Assembly (NCBI GenBank): GCA_964016885.1
Contig: OZ024760.1
Location: 33,294,001-33,358,000, forward strand
Length of the DNA stretch: 64,000 bases
Origin: Eledone cirrhosa
Lineage: Eukaryota
Reading direction: 5' to 3'
Below the pieces are notes generated by a model. It did not search any database and was not told the origin of the DNA. It worked only from the letters and a program-made list of their open reading frames with translations. This document shows positions 63,193 through 64,000 of the stretch, in pieces. Made by a program: the position numbers and the translations under genes. Positions within the stretch are counted from its first letter, which is position 1, and every line of letters starts with the position of its first letter.

Positions 63193-63510
63193 TCTAGTTT
63201 TGAGTGTGTGTGTGTTTTAGTTAAGTATTTCAATATATATATATTTTTTTAAAATTTATTTTTGATTTATTTTTGTTTTTTGTTTTTCTTGTCTGTGAGT
63301 GAGAAGAGTATATATATAAATATGAGTATATATATATATATATATATGTATATTCTGGTTATTTGAAATTAATTAAGTTAATGAAAAGACGAAAGTATAT
63401 AATAATAATTTGTAGTTAAAGGAAAATGTACTCACAAGTTCGAAAACACGTGGTTTAAAATATATAATAATATAGATGTATGTAAATGTATTAACCGGTC
63501 AATTTTTTCG

Positions 63511-64000
<490 letters not shown>

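Larger units (their letters stand above)
58950..63510 (-). mobile_element. Near-full-length LINE (CR1/L2-like), copy 3
   Basis: 5'UTR of about 320 bp, ORF1, ORF2, 3' hairpin and (TTCAAAGTTA)2 tail. (TA)n on both sides. Confidence 0.95.

Overview
Gene-free eukaryotic repeat cluster, probably from an octopus (inferred from a SINE/LINE-type tail at 9121-9281 and the microsatellite style). Roughly 40% of the window, estimated by eye, is long, periodically interrupted (TA)n. Nearly all unique sequence is retroelement DNA inserted into (TA)n. It comprises: three copies of one APE+RT LINE (CR1/L2-like; the near-full-length copy has a Myb-like/polyQ/2xCCCH ORF1 and a candidate -1 frameshift into ORF2); at least five distinct Naiad-type Penelope-like elements (PLEs; RT + C-terminal GIY-YIG); one Neptune-type PLE remnant; several non-coding PLE 3'-end fragments, many with fold-back inversions; and non-coding tandem arrays. 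Two of the arrays (466 and 468 bp units) carry a minimal type I hammerhead per unit and look like retrozymes. About 27 hammerhead-like motifs were read by eye, including U3-A8 core variants and one with a 115-nt stem II. One PLE has TGA at a conserved Cys (possible selenocysteine). No host gene, rRNA, tRNA or CRISPR array is supported. The long YI/HT/CV ORFs are microsatellite translations.
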